The notes below the pieces were generated by a model. The model was not told the DNA's origin, did no database searches, and was given only the letters and a program-made list of their open reading frames with translations. A DNA stretch of 63,576 bases, filler included, from Hausera hauseri (lineage: Eukaryota): NCBI GenBank assembly GCA_046269625.1. It is 10 parts of 10 records of this genome, joined end to end, with 100 filler letters (N's around TTAATTAATTAA, not from the genome) between each part and the next. Parts side by side here need not be neighbours in the genome. Positions count along the whole stretch, not along the records: positions 1 to 7,523 come from JBJURY010009123.1; positions 7,624 to 13,317 come from JBJURY010205190.1; 8 more parts are not named here. One strand, given 5' to 3'. A program made the position numbers and the translations under genes. Shown one piece after another: positions 1 through 12,816 of the stretch (positions are counted from its first letter, which is position 1; every line of letters begins with the position of its first letter).

Positions 1-336
1 TTTGGAAAACTTGATGGCAGAAACAGAGAGTGCAGTAATCTATCACATTAAAAATAAACCAACATAGGAATTGGATGAAAATGAATTGTCGATACTAGGC
101 ATAGTACCAGTAGACATCCCTCTCATAATGGAAATGTGTAAGATCGCGTTTAACGCACCAAAAGAATATGCGAATATAGGAATCCTCATAGCCTCACAAG
201 ATAAAAGGCGCTCCGAAATCTACCGATGTAAAAATAAAGTAACGTATGCGGAAAGCCAAGAAGTGAAAACATAACGGAAAAATGCATTTTAGAACTAGAC
301 GAATATAAGAAGAAAATAAACTACGTTAAAGGAGTA

Positions 337-2121
337 ATGGACTATATAAAAGATCCAGGTGATAAATTGAACGACGCTTACGAACGACTAGAGAATGTAA
401 TAAACGCAAAACCAGTGATAGATAACCAACTCAAAGAATGGATTGAATTGTTAGACAGATTAATGGATGTAACGCAATATCGTCTAAGGAAGTATTCAGA
501 ATCTGGACCAATATTAAAACAACAGCTGAAGGAAATACTACACGATCTAAATGTTTACAAAACAGAAGCAAAACTTTGAGTAGAATTTAACGCGCTATTG
601 AGACTAAGATTTATGAATAAAGATAAAGAAACGAAACTCACAGAAGAGTTGTATACAATGATCGAAGAAACAGAATTATCGACGAAACAGGAAAAGATCT
701 CCTCCTTATCGATGAGACTAAAAGGTATCCGCCTAGAAGGCATACGACACTTGATAACGAGGCCCATAGATGAAATATCCATAGTTGATCTATCGACGTT
801 GGATGTTTGCCCAATTTATCGATTCGCGTTAGAAGAAGTACTAAATTATCTACATCATCTTTTTAAGTGGGCATCAGATACCGACCAGAATGGTCACGCT
901 GAATTAATAGAAATAACCAAAGATCATCGCCTTACACCGGATGAAGCTAGATTCGTAAAGAGACTGATTGAAGAAATAGACCCAGATTCAAAAACTCTGA
1001 AGGAAATGCGCGAAATAATATCCCTATTATCGGCAATGGCAATAATAGATGACGATAAGACGCGACAATTGACAACCCAAGTTAAAGATATAGAAGAATT
1101 GCGAATTTGTACAAAGCAAAGAGCTACGAAGTTAGATGAATTAGGCAAAGAATTGGAGACTTATAAGAGTAAATACAAAATCAGGCAATCAGAGTTAATG
1201 AATAAAAGAGAATGTGTACAAAAATGGTTAACGGATGTGACGACCGAATTACCGGATTATGAAAGAAAAGGGTTATTTCCTACAGATGAATTAGGACCAC
1301 CATTAAAAACTATACAGCTTGCGTATGGAAATGGAACAGAGTTTCGCACTAACTTGATGAGGGAAATACGGCCAAGATTAAACGGAATCCGTGAAAATGC
1401 ACGAAGCACGCCTATGGAATTGTTAGATTGTGGTATTCCAGACGTTACAGATGACTCAGGATGGGATGCTTATTTAGAAGAATTATACAACCAAAATCCG
1501 AAGACTCCCATCCAACTTCAACGAACGGATACTTTTCCAATCGATCGACGATTTAATGTGGAAATGATATTAAATCCCTCACTAGCCGAGAGAGAATTAA
1601 TTGAGCAGATTAACGTCAACATGACGGAGAGCAGATTGAAACAATTGATCCCTACCTTGACAAAACTATTAAGCGAAAATACCGTTTATAGCTTAGTACC
1701 TAGATTACTGATAAAGAAATACGCTGAATTCTTAAAGGCTAATCCCGAAACGACGGTTAATGTAAAAATATCAGCTGAAGGGATGGAAGAAAAGGAAATT
1801 CAATGTACAACAGCGACATCGGTTAGAGCAGTAAAACAATGGATAGTACGGAACGGTGGAAAATATGAAGTAAATTACCGATTATATTTCCGAGGTAGAA
1901 TACTGGACGAACCCGAACTACTAATAGATGTTGGATTTATTTCAGAGGAAACAAATCGAATAGTGGCTATAATTACAGACGAACAAACAAAAGATGAGGC
2001 TACGAGAAGAGCAAGAGATGAACATTGCGTAGGACTCATTATGGGAGTCAGAGACACCTTGTCATGTATTTTGACTATCTCCATAGCGAGGAAGTTAAGG
2101 AACAATACGATCAGAATCTAG
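337..2121 (+). pseudogene. N-terminal polyprotein segment: helical/coiled-coil region plus ubiquitin-like domain (about 1753-1977)
   Basis: TVNVKISAEGMEEKEIQCTTATSVRAVKQWIVRNGGKYEVNYRLYFRGRILDEPELLIDVGFISEETNRIVAII aligns by eye with the ubiquitin pattern (RLIFAGKQLED...TLHLV). In-frame TGA at 577-579. Confidence 0.65.
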
Positions 2122-2696
2122 TACCGATGAGCGAACCACTACCAACTTCACCGAAACAGAAACGACCAGTGGGAAGGCCGAAAAAAATAAGAGTTGATAT
2201 TGACCAAAGCTCAGCTCTAATACGAGAACTAAGACAACTATCCATGCCCGCAATTAACTCCGAGAACGAAGAGTTAAACGAGTTGCTGAGATACATTATC
2301 AAAATAGTAAACTATTTGGGACCGAGAGACGAGATGTTAGACGAAAAGGAAAAAGCAATATATAATGCTGCGAGAATTATGAGAACATTTCGGATGAAAA
2401 TGAATAAAAGCGATTTATCCGACGAAGTTTTAATTGAGAAAATTTTGGTAGAGAATACTAAGGAAGAATTAAGGAAAATAATATTGTACTTGGCAGTTAA
2501 AACAAATCCCTTAAAGGAAAATGAATTCAATCGAACCATTGGATTGATCAGAAAAGCTGCTAAGAAGATACCTAGAGAAATAAATTGGTCCAAGCTATTT
2601 GGTGACGAAGATGGAAACAGGCCAGCCACTAGAATCGAAGATGTGGTAAGAAATTTAATACCAACTAACTCAGTGCGAGATAGTGAATCAAATTGG
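2025..2696 (+). pseudogene. Basic helical segment with an AT-hook motif (KRPVGRPKK, about 2160-2186), in frame with the glycoprotein
   Basis: ORF 2025..3404 contains a GRP core flanked by K/R and runs without a stop into the glycoprotein signal sequence. Confidence 0.55.
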
Positions 2697-4510
2697 ATGA
2701 TTAAACTGATAACTCTTATGATGCTAATTAGACAGCTCGGTGCAATCACAGTATACGACTGCGATAAGTTTAAGGTTGGACAAAGATATTCCTTAATGGA
2801 TTTGGAACTTTGCGAAGATGCCCGACCTCATAAGTTAGTAACTATCGAAAAGAAGTACTTTTTATATCAGCAACGCGAATTAATCGCAATTGACGGGATA
2901 GAATGCATGTTGCGACGATCACGAAGTATTTTTCACTGCGGAAACATCCACGGACATTCATCGATAGTAAAACCGACGACCCCACTAATTCCTATGGATT
3001 TAGATAGACAACAGTGTAAACAGGCTAAAGAAACCGGAAGATTGAGATGGGATGGAATGGAGTTAGAAACCCAGCCAGGAAAAGTAATTCGAGTATATAA
3101 AGTAGCAATCAGAAAACTGGATATGCACACCGGATACTGTAAAGGAGGTGAATACAATACCGGAAAAGGAAGAGAATCAGGAATAGTAGTGGTCGATTTC
3201 TATGAAACAAAAATAAGGAACCAAAAGATGATGTTCCATAGTATTACAAAAACATATACCGAAAACCAGAAGTACCATATCCAAGATGGTGTCTGTACTT
3301 TCAGGAACTCGATGGTCATTTGGACTCCACCACCTATGAACGATTGTAACTTTATTAAAATAAAGGAAATAAATTTTAACGAAACCCCAGGAAAAGGTAC
3401 GTAGAGACATTCGACAATAATGTCAGACCAAGGAAGGACGTTGCTGAACAATCTACACCCACGATATTGATATCCGAGGACCACGGATTGAAATTCATTA
3501 AGAAACAAATGCTCTCTCGATGCAACGTAGTAATGTATGCCACTAACTACGAAGCATTCTTTGTGGCAGAGGCCGCAATAACCACCTTCACTTTGGAAAC
3601 ACAAGATGTAAGAATAGAGATGACTTCTTCTACTATAAAGGAAAAATTGTACTAGCAGAATTATATCACAAAATGATCGTAAATGATTGTAAATCGGATA
3701 TGGAAATCATGAGAACTAAACTAGCCTTAATCTATGCGAATCCAAAACTAGCATCGCCCGTAATTCCAATGAAAGAAGGTATTTTCGGAAGAGTTACCGG
3801 AGAAGTACTGTTGACCTACGAATGCGAAAGACGAGATGTATCTTTAAACGTGGAAGAAAAACGCTGTATTCAAGAATTGCCGGTCATATATCAAAACGTA
3901 CCCCGATTGTCTATGTCACTTACGAGAGTTTGCTAGAAAACGCGAAACAACCAACTATTTTGAAAGAATGCAAAGCGGGTTTAGGCGAACATATGTTTAA
4001 GAGAAGTGAGACAGATTGGATAAGCCTGCCAAATGGAGGAATGATAGCTACACCTGGCAAATTAACCGGAACAAACTTACTCAAAGGTATAACAGACGAG
4101 TAAATGTAGACACCGCGAGTTAATAGATCTACAGACCAAAAGAGATCGAAGCCTTTAGAAAATTTTTAGCTTTTCCTCGACAGCGCACGCATGAGCTAAA
4201 TAGAGCCATGTCGACTGTGATAGATGACACTCGCTACCATGCGAAGTGGGAATCCTTACTTGGTGTCAATCATTATCAAAGAGTCACCACAGAAATATTA
4301 TATAAAATTTGGGGAAGATTTTTAATTTTCGGACAAGCTGCATCAGGATTTTTAGCCATCTATTTCTTAGTACAACTCATAAAGGCCATAATTCAGTCCA
4401 TTATAAACGGCTACGAAATATTTACTTTAACTGGATTTTCATGTAAAATCTTAACGGCAATCATAAAGCCGTTTGGAAAACTTTTGAAGGCTTACGAAGA
4501 AAACAAATGA
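2697..4510 (+). pseudogene. Chuvirus (Jingchuvirales/Monjiviricetes)-type envelope glycoprotein, about 600 codons, disrupted
   Basis: Signal peptide MIKLITLMMLIRQLGA, then ITVYDC..YSLMDLELC, IECMLRRSRSIFHCGNIHGHSSIV, QCKQAKETG, GYCKGGEY, IWTPPPMNDC, CNVVMYATNY, DCKSDMEIMRTKLALIYANP, GIFGRVTGEVLLTYEC, CIQELPVIY, FLAFP, and C-terminal TM IWGRFLIFGQAASGFLAIYFLVQLIKAIIQSIINGYEIF. These match the order and spacing of chuviral G motifs as I recall them. Confidence 0.85.
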
Positions 4511-4614
4511 AATGCGACGTGGAGAGACACGTTGGTTATTATAATCGGAAACGGAAGAGGAAATCTATATTTTTATAAGCCAAAAAAACACAAAATCTCG
4601 GAAAAACAATTCAG

Positions 4615-7523
4615 ATGATGATGAGCCTAATGGAGGAGACACGGTCTCCAAGACGAGCAATCGTAAGGTGCTTAGGCCACCTTTGCCAATGCTGCATCCT
4701 TCGGCACCACAATACGAAAACAGCGATGGGATCTATAAATTCATATAGTTCGGAAATATATCGAAAGTTTTTTAGTTATGAAGAACCCTATGAAGGGACA
4801 AAACAGTACGGCGTGTTACGAAAAATGTACCGAATTAGGGAAAAATTCGAATTATGCCGTCAACCGGCAGATGATCGCAAGATATACCCCAAGGATTTTA
4901 CGAAGTATCTCTAATTATTCTTCCATAACCAAAGCAACCAAGAGTCGCTAATCAATACACCAGATCGAGATAATGAAAACAGTGCATATAACGGATTGTA
5001 TCCTATTGAGGAATTGAGACAAGTAGCCGAGAATAAAGCACCAGAAATTAGTATAAATGGTTACAAGATATCCGTCACTAAACAACCTAAGATAAATGAA
5101 GGTAGACCTTTCGTCAAAATTAGTATTAACGATTGGGAAGTTTACGCACTAGTAGATACCGGATCAGAGAGATCATTTATAAAGAACGGATCGATACCGA
5201 AAACGTTACGATGTCAATTACGACCACCACTTGCAACCGATCCCGGAAGTATAGGAGCTTTCGGACAAGAATCAAGACCGAAATTCAAGTGGAATCCTAA
5301 TCTTAAAATATTGGGACAGACTTTTCAACATGAATTTTCTATAATGGAATACTTAACAGATGACGTAGTATTAGGGTGTGATATATTAAGACGTCTACCA
5401 AACGTCGCGATAGACTTGAATACCTCAAAGTTAATCGAGCTCGGACCGATAAAAGGAATTAAGATTTATAAGGAAAGAGAATCCGGAGAAGTATGGATTC
5501 CAGTTGCTGAAAACATTCCGCCTAGAACGGAATTGTTGATATTTGCACAAATCTGTCAAGACGACGATATACCGGTATGCTTCGAACCAAAAGAAACGCT
5601 AAATCCGAATATAATCCTAAGCAATATATTAAGCCGAGTAGCATCAGGTCGAATACCTGTAAGAATAGTGAACAATACTCAGACTCCAGTGAAGTTATAT
5701 GCTAACACAACTCTAGGACATACTTACAAGGTACCAGCGATAACGGTTGAAGAGAAACCGTATAAGTACGCTGAATTTCCACCGCACGTTGATACGAAGT
5801 TTTCACCAGAAGCTTATTGCCAGTTTTATGAACTATTATGTCGATATAAATCAATTATTGCGAAAGACGAAGAAGACATTGGCCTAGCAAAGGCATTAAA
5901 ATTAACTATACATCTTAAGAAAAAGCCTGGTTCTAATGATGAAATTGATCTTGAGGAACAGAAAATGCCAAAATGATATCCGCCGCCGCATTCCCTAAGA
6001 CCGGAAATAACCAAGGAGGTAGAACGCATGTTACAGGCCGATATAATTCGACCAAGTTTTAGATCATAGTACTCACCTATTCTAATGGTAAAAAAGAAGG
6101 AAACCACAAAACATCGATTTTGTATCGATTACAGAGCATTAAATACTTTCATAATGAAAGATTCTTTTCCCCTACCATTCGTAAAAGAAGCTCTAGATAG
6201 ACTCTCAGGAGCAAAATGGTTTACTACTCTGGACTTACAATCCGGATATTGGCAAATAGAAATTGAGGATGAAGATCGTTATAAAACCGCGTTTTAAACG
6301 CATGATGGCATATACGAATTCAACGTTATGCCATTTGGAATTACCACTGGCCCAGCCATATTTACCAGGATGATGAATAAAATGTTAATGGGACTTGATC
6401 ATGCATTTGCGTACCTAGATGACGTAATGATTGGATCAAAAGACGAAAAGGAGCATCTGAAGGATATTGAGGACACTCTTATGAGATTAGAACAGGCCGG
6501 GTTGAAGCTAAACCCAAAGAAATGCAAATGGGCTCAAAATGCCGTATCCTACTTTGGTAATATCGTTGGCGAAGGAGGATCGAAACCAGATAAATCATTA
6601 CTGAATAAAATTTCTGACTGTATGGAACCGCAGAACCAAAAAGAACTGAGACATTGGTTAGGTCTATGTGGATATTATGTTACCTATGTACCGGATAACT
6701 CAAAAATCAACGCACCATTATACAGATTATTAAAAAAGGGAATATAATTGAAATGGACCGATGTTGAGCAAAAGTCATTCGATGAAATGAAGAAAATATT
6801 AACTAGCGAACTAGTATTAAGATATCATGATTTTAATTTACCGTTTATTATTAAAACAGATGCAAGTAAAGAAGGTATCGGATATGAATTAGCACAAAAG
6901 CGCGAAGAGGAAGAATTAGAACATCCAATCGCTTACGGAGGACGCTTTCTGAAGAAAGCAGAGAAAAATTACTTGGTGACAGAATTAGAAACGTTAGCAG
7001 TAAAAGAAGCCTTAAGGTATTTTAACGTATATGTATATGGACAGAAGATCATAATAGTTACCGATCATAAGGCAGTTACAAATTTAAAAGGACGCGCAAA
7101 TAACCCTACGTGTAGATTGAATAAATGGATTGAAGAAATATCGAGATACAATATCGAATTCAAATATAAACCTGGTGCAAAACACGTGGATGCAGATTCA
7201 CTGTCCAGATTGAAGACAAAGACAAGTGCAATCATGACAATGAGGAAAAATCAGCTTGAAGAATTAATCGATAGACAACTAACTCTAGCATCAGACAGAG
7301 CAATTAAGATTTCATACGAAGAGAAGAAGGATCGAGTCATCCAACAGATAACCGAATATGTCGAAACGGACGTAATACCAAAGGGGCATCAGTTAAAGAA
7401 ACATTTACAACGACATAGACATAAATATTGTGTCTCCGAAAACAAGGACAGTGAAAAAGTATTGTATTATGAACGAAAAGGAAGAAAGTTAGTAGTCATA
7501 CCCAAAATTCTGCGAACTGAGTG
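4615..7523 (+). pseudogene. pol: Ty3/gypsy pol: aspartic protease, dUTPase-like linker, RT, RNase H, start of integrase linker
   Basis: PR ALVDTGSERS; linker IPPRTE..IPVRIVNNTQTPVKLY; RT RFCIDYRALN, LDLQSGYWQ, MPFG, YLDD; RNase H TDAS, ELE, TDHK, ADSLSR. Several in-frame stops. Confidence 0.95.
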
Positions 7524-7623
7524 NNNNNNNNNNNNNNNNNNNNNNNNNNNNNNNNNNNNNNNNNNNNTTAATTAATTAANNNNNNNNNNNNNNNNNNNNN
7601 NNNNNNNNNNNNNNNNNNNNNNN
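7524..7623. other. Artificial contig spacer (N44-TTAATTAATTAA-N44, stops in all six frames)
   Basis: Identical 100-nt spacers at 7524, 13318, 24494, 29021, 33638, 40598, 46235, 52676 and 57859. Sequences on either side are not truly adjacent. Confidence 0.99.
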
Positions 7624-7791
7624 GGACCCACTATCCTGCATGTTTTAGATGCTTCCCTGCTCTTCAGCAGGTCTTTAGGTTCTGCAGAAGCCTGACAATC
7701 ACTTGTTCATTTAAATTAGGTGTGCCAAAGCAGGGAAACAACTAAAACATGCAGGATAGTGGGTCCCGAGGACTGGAATTGAAAACCACTG
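7624..7791. mobile_element. Palindromic hAT-type MITE remnant (teleost-like)
   Basis: 25-bp perfect inverted repeat GGACCCACTATCCTGCATGTTTTAG (7624-7648 / 7742-7766); ends in AAACCACTG. Confidence 0.65.
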
Positions 7792-7954
7792 GATTAAAGT
7801 AGCGCAAACCCAAAATAACCTGATACATTTTGTTTAGTGTTACACAAATTGTAATAGCAAAGGCAATGTTGTCTTAAGTTTATTTTTTTATCAAAATAAA
7901 TTGCCTATTTTGATATAAACTTAAATTTAATTAGAATCCTTGGTCAAGATTTTT

Positions 7955-10900
7955 CACTGGAAAAGAATATTCATAATTTTAACTAAATTGCCCAAAAATA
8001 TTTTAGTTACTCTTAGTAATTCTTTCCCCCTATTTCACCAGCAACAGCTTCACTTTTAAGTACATACGTTAAAAAAATTAAAAACAAGCCTTGACAAACA
8101 ATGCTGAACATTTTATTTGTCAACAATAAAATGTTTTACAAATGTTAAAAACTTTGGCAAATAACTTAAAGTAAAAACATATTTCTTGAAAACATAAAAG
8201 GTGAAATAAGAGTGCAAATAACGCATATAAGAAATATAATTTTGGAGCATTAAGTGCAACTGTCTAGCTTGCATTTCAAGACATACAACACATTTTATCA
8301 AAAATCAATGCTTTTTTTAAACCAACAAGTCCAACTGCCAATTTAATGAAAGGTCCACATGGAGATAACATGGCATAAAAAAGTGCAACTACAATGTTTT
8401 TTTCATTTGCTCAACAATTTGTTTTTTAGAGTTTGGAGTTTTGGTAGAAGTCTTGTGTTTCCAAGACCCAGCATCACCATTTGAATAAATTTTAAAGAGT
8501 TTTCCATGGGCTTTGGATACTCATGGTGCAATGCGTATATTAGTCCAAAAAGCAGGCAAACTGCTCGAGGGAACTCTTGGATGTTATTTATTACAATACT
8601 TCCCTCCACGACAACAGCAGTTGATGTAGGCTGGAGCTCCATGGTGCTTGATCCATCATCAGGGAGAATAGTGAGTACTCCAACTGTCAAGCTGGCCAAG
8701 ACTTCTTCTTTTGTGGTATCCTACAACAAAACACATTTTCAAAGCATTATAAAAACCTGACTTGTAAAACTAACTGAAACCTAACTACAAGACCCTGTTT
8801 GATTATTTGTTAAAATTTGGTTTTCCCATTAAAAACTCTTCCTGTTTCGTAAATTATTAATTAAACACACCCTGGTAACACCCTGGGGTGGTACCTTCTA
8901 CGTCGGACCAATGAATGCTAAACAATTTTTGTTTATAATACAAAATACCATGCTGATGAAGGTGCTGCTTTTCTCTTTTTTTAAAGCATGACAATTTTTT
9001 AATACCATTACCGTGGAATGTATTTATTTATTCATTTATTTATTAACATTTGTTCCCAAAAATTTGAGACTGGATCTAAAATTCATTTAATTTTGTATAG
9101 TTTCAATTTTTTTGTTCTATGCCTGCTCACTAATGACACTGCAATCAGTTTATTCACCCCTCTAGGACTGGGCGATATGGACAAAAATATATATATAGAT
9201 TTTGTTTCTTCATTTGCCGATATCTGATATCTTTTTTTCTTAAAAAAAAATGCTGTCGAAACCTGCTTGCTTACTAGTACAGGGTATCTGCAGGTTTTAG
9301 CAAGTCAAATTTAAGACTTTTTAAGACCGTTTTAATACCACTTTGAATGAAATTTAAGACCAAAAATATAAGCGATGGTTCTGGGATACTACTGTATTAA
9401 AACCAAGCACATACGTTGTTCAATAAAAAGAATTGAATATAAAGATATTCAGAGCTCTCTGGTTAAATTAGCTGTATTGTACAAGTGCAGTTATTTGGTT
9501 GGAAACAACAAAAATCTATCTACTAAATACATTCATGGTATTAAACTTGTGTTTTAACCTCCAGTTTTGCCTTTATACAAAATAAGCCATCTAGCCAACT
9601 GTCAATAAATATGCACTTTAATGTGACCCATCACTATCCAACAAATGCCTGAAGGAAGAGAGGTTTTAACAACTTTACTGTAGTTCATTTTGATTTAATA
9701 GTCTTTGAATCGAGGGACTCTGATATATTTATAAAATTATAGCATATAAATTTCCTTTATAAAGAATAAGTTACCAGTAAGTTATTTTTTATTTTTTAAT
9801 AAATTTATTTATTTATTTATTTATTTGAGTTTCAGATTCCTCCCTTAAAATCAACATTTCATTCAAAGGGAATATTTACAGGATTATAGCTCTTTTAATC
9901 GAACTGATTGATGATTTGGAATCCTTCTAGATGGCAACCTGTGACCTATTATAGTCAAAAGTTTTCTGTTACTAGTGACCATTGTGTGAGCAACTCATAC
10001 CACTTATTTTTCATATTTGATCATTTATGAATTATATTTATTCCAGTTCAGTTAGTAGTATAGTTCTAAAGATAATAAAAGTTTACCACACCCAAACAGA
10101 CAAAACACCTCATTATTATCATTATCTTTTCTATAACATGAATTATATAGATTTTATATTTTCTCATACATAACTGAAATATTTGTTTTACCATACAACG
10201 TGCAGCTCAGTAAATAAAGAATAACAGCACGTTTTTGAGAAAGAGGAGGAAAACTTTTTTTTTAAAACTGTGGAGGGGCAGAAGACTTTGACGACAGGTG
10301 CACATTCATGGGTCAATGGACCAGGGGCCTCATGTACAAAGACTTGCATGGATTCCTTACTGAAACGTGGTGTATGATCAAATCCAGAAAACGGGACATG
10401 CACAAAAATAAGCCAAAATTCAATGTCTACAAAATGTCTGATTCTATTGATGAGACTATATTTCCTAGTATAAAAGGTATAAACTTAAAAAAAAAACTAC
10501 ATATTTGACAAGTTATGCAGGACAGGTTCTAAAAAAACATTATTTAACCTTTGCATTAGGTGAAAATACCTTCAGTCGCGTGTTCTGTCTTTAAGATCAG
10601 TGTCTGAACCTAAAGGGTCACAGGCAAAAGAGGGGAAAATAAGTTGACAAAATGTATTTATAGGATTTATCAGATCAGTTTGATTTAGTGGTGTTCCGAT
10701 CAATCGGCCACCGATCAATATCGCCCGATGTTCATGAAAAATTATGTGATCTGCGTTTCCGATAAATGCCTTCAATTGCCAATCACAAACAGCAGAGGCT
10801 GTGTGTAGCTGCATTCAGTGTAGTGTCCCCCTCCCCCTTTCACCTCGCTGTGGGAAGAAATTGCGCAGGCGCATAGAGGGAGCAGATCATAAACAAACAT

Positions 10901-12816
10901 GTCGGCCGCCTAGAACTTTTTCACCGTCTGTGAGAGTGATGCTAAGTTTCAGTTTTTATTTTAATAAATTCCACTTTTTTCCATTCCCCACCCTGATTTC
11001 CACATTTTCATTGTGACCATATTTATTAACCTAAAAAGTGTGTAATTATAAGGTGAATAAAAAAATAAATAGCTACAGAAATAATGTCTGTTTTCGCTTT
11101 CACTAATATAACAAATAGTGTTACAGTACAACGTTAAATCTTTTTGAAAGGTGTTTAAAAGTATTTACCAAAAATAACGTGAAAACAGTCAAGTTATATT
11201 TTGTAAAATAAAAATGTTGTAGAATTTAACTTAACATCAAATATGTCAGAGAAATATAAATCCTACAAACAGCAACAATTTGTGCACAATTGCCAATTGA
11301 ATAGAATCTAAGCTCATTTACTTCTGTAATGGAGAGACACACACATAGTTTTCAGGGCTTTATCAACAAATGGACAAAGTTTTTTCATTTTTTCTAAGGA
11401 AATATCTCCTGACCTTCCAGCTCACTTCTGAGTGTTGAGGAGTTTTCAGTGTATCGCTCAGCTCCTGTCCCTTTTTGATGTGACTCAGAGAGGAAGCTGT
11501 CCTCCCAGTGTCCAGTGCTGAAAATTTCTTCTACAGATAAATTTAAAAAAAACAGTGAGACACTGTTCTGTCCTAAACTTTACTGTTGCTTCATATTTTG
11601 GAGGATGTTGATTTTAGTGAGTTTTTTGTTTGCGAGCGGGTCGCGGTTTTTATTTTTTATTTTATCCTCCTCCTGCTGTGTCTGGAAGGAAGCTTGGAGC
11701 TCACCCCGTGTGCCTGTTACCAGGTAGCGGCAGGTAAAGTGAGCAGCAATGGCCAAAATACGTCAGAAACTTGGCCAAATAAGCAAACTTCGTGAGAATT
11801 CACAATTTACACTGGATTACATTTGATTTGGTCAATTTTACGCGTTGCGGAAATTTGAAGGCCCTGTTTTTCCACTTTGAGAACACAGACATAAGATTAT
11901 CATGCAGAATTTATTTTTACTAAAACGCAGATTCAAAATTTATTTTAAATCTCAGAGCCTGTAAGACGTTAAAAAAAGCAATAAATAAAATTTAAAAAAT
12001 TACCTTACAGTGCTCCAACCATAAAGAAGTTCTCCACTTCTCGCAGTCATCCTTTACGCCTCTTTTCCCAACAGGCGTTGTTATCTTCTCTAAGGCTGAC
12101 ATGTATGCATTTTGGACAAACAAAAATGTAAAACATTTACCCACAGAAGTGAAAAACGTCTTTCGTGCTGTCCTACAGCTGTGACTCACAACGTGACGGC
12201 CGCCATATTGCTTGCAGATAAATTAGGCAGGAGATACCACCAGCACGAGAAACAAGTTACATGCTAGCAATAAGACCACAAATTATTCACTAAATGACAG
12301 TAATATTAAAAATTAGCTGCTTTGGCCTCGGAAAGTTAGTGAGTCCACACAACAACTTTGCTTAAACTTTAGAAGTTAAAAAAATGTTCGGCAACAGCAC
12401 ACAAACAGCAAGCTAACAGCAGCAGAAAATGGTGTACGAAAATAAAAATTACTTACTCACCAAGTTAGTGTCCCAACGATTAATAAAATGACCCCACAAA
12501 AAGCCACATGTCGGGAGTCGTCTTCTTGCATGTGTGGTCTTCGCTTAGCAGGTAACTACAGTGAGCGCGCCAAATGGAGATATGTCCGGGCATGTCCTGA
12601 GTTTGAAATGTTAACCCTTTGCAATCCAAAATCCCCACCACTTTCAAATTACTTATATTTTTTGAGTAGACTCAACTTAATTTTTTTAACTTAACAAGGA
12701 TTTTTACCAAAATGTTGGCACAACTTATTTTGGATAAGTACGAACAACAAATTGATGAGATTTAAGTTGTCTTAACTTGAAATATTTTATTAAACACAAT
12801 GTTGGGTTTTTCAGTG
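7955..12816 (-). mobile_element. EnSpm/CACTA-type DNA transposon derivative (teleost-like) with nested hAT MITE fragments
   Basis: Termini CACTGGAAAAG...GTTTTTCAGTG, subterminal TTAAGTT/AACTTAA motifs and an internal SAMD3-like exon. hAT-like ends at about 9162, 9280 and 10686. No clean TSD. Confidence 0.5.
8403..8720 (-). CDS. Terminal exon of a SAMD3-like transposon-associated protein
   Basis: Acceptor TTTGTTGTAG, then ...AVVVEGSIV..AVCLLFGLIYALHHEYPK..FIQMVML..PKLQTLKNKL, the C-terminal motif of fish EnSpm-associated SAMD3-like proteins. Confidence 0.7.
   Translation of the reverse strand, partial: DTTKEEVLASLTVGVLTILPDDGSSTMELQPTSTAVVVEGSIVINNIQEFPRAVCLLFGLIYALHHEYPKPMENSLKFIQMVMLGLGNTRLLPKLQTLKNKLLSK

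Larger units (their letters stand above)
1..7523 (+). mobile_element. 5' part of a giant Ty3/gypsy LTR retroelement (family A): coiled-coil region, Ubl, AT-hook, chuvirus-like glycoprotein, PR, RT, RNase H; decayed and truncated by both contig ends
   Basis: Continuous + strand coding signal broken by stops and frameshifts. 337..579 and 598..2121 share a frame, as do 4615..4914 and 4996..5976. It ends in canonical gypsy pol motifs. Confidence 0.9.

Noticed and set aside
5950-6760. Stops in pol as programmed read-through or RIP/APOBEC-type hypermutation
   Set aside because: The sister copy has sense codons at the positions checked (5974 and 6295), and the lesions mix transitions, transversions and indels. 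Ordinary decay suffices unless a mutation-spectrum count shows otherwise.
7568-7579. Recurring TTAATTAATTAA palindrome
   Set aside because: Artificial six-frame-stop linker inside N spacers. ORFs running into X residues are artefacts, and no synteny can be read across spacers.
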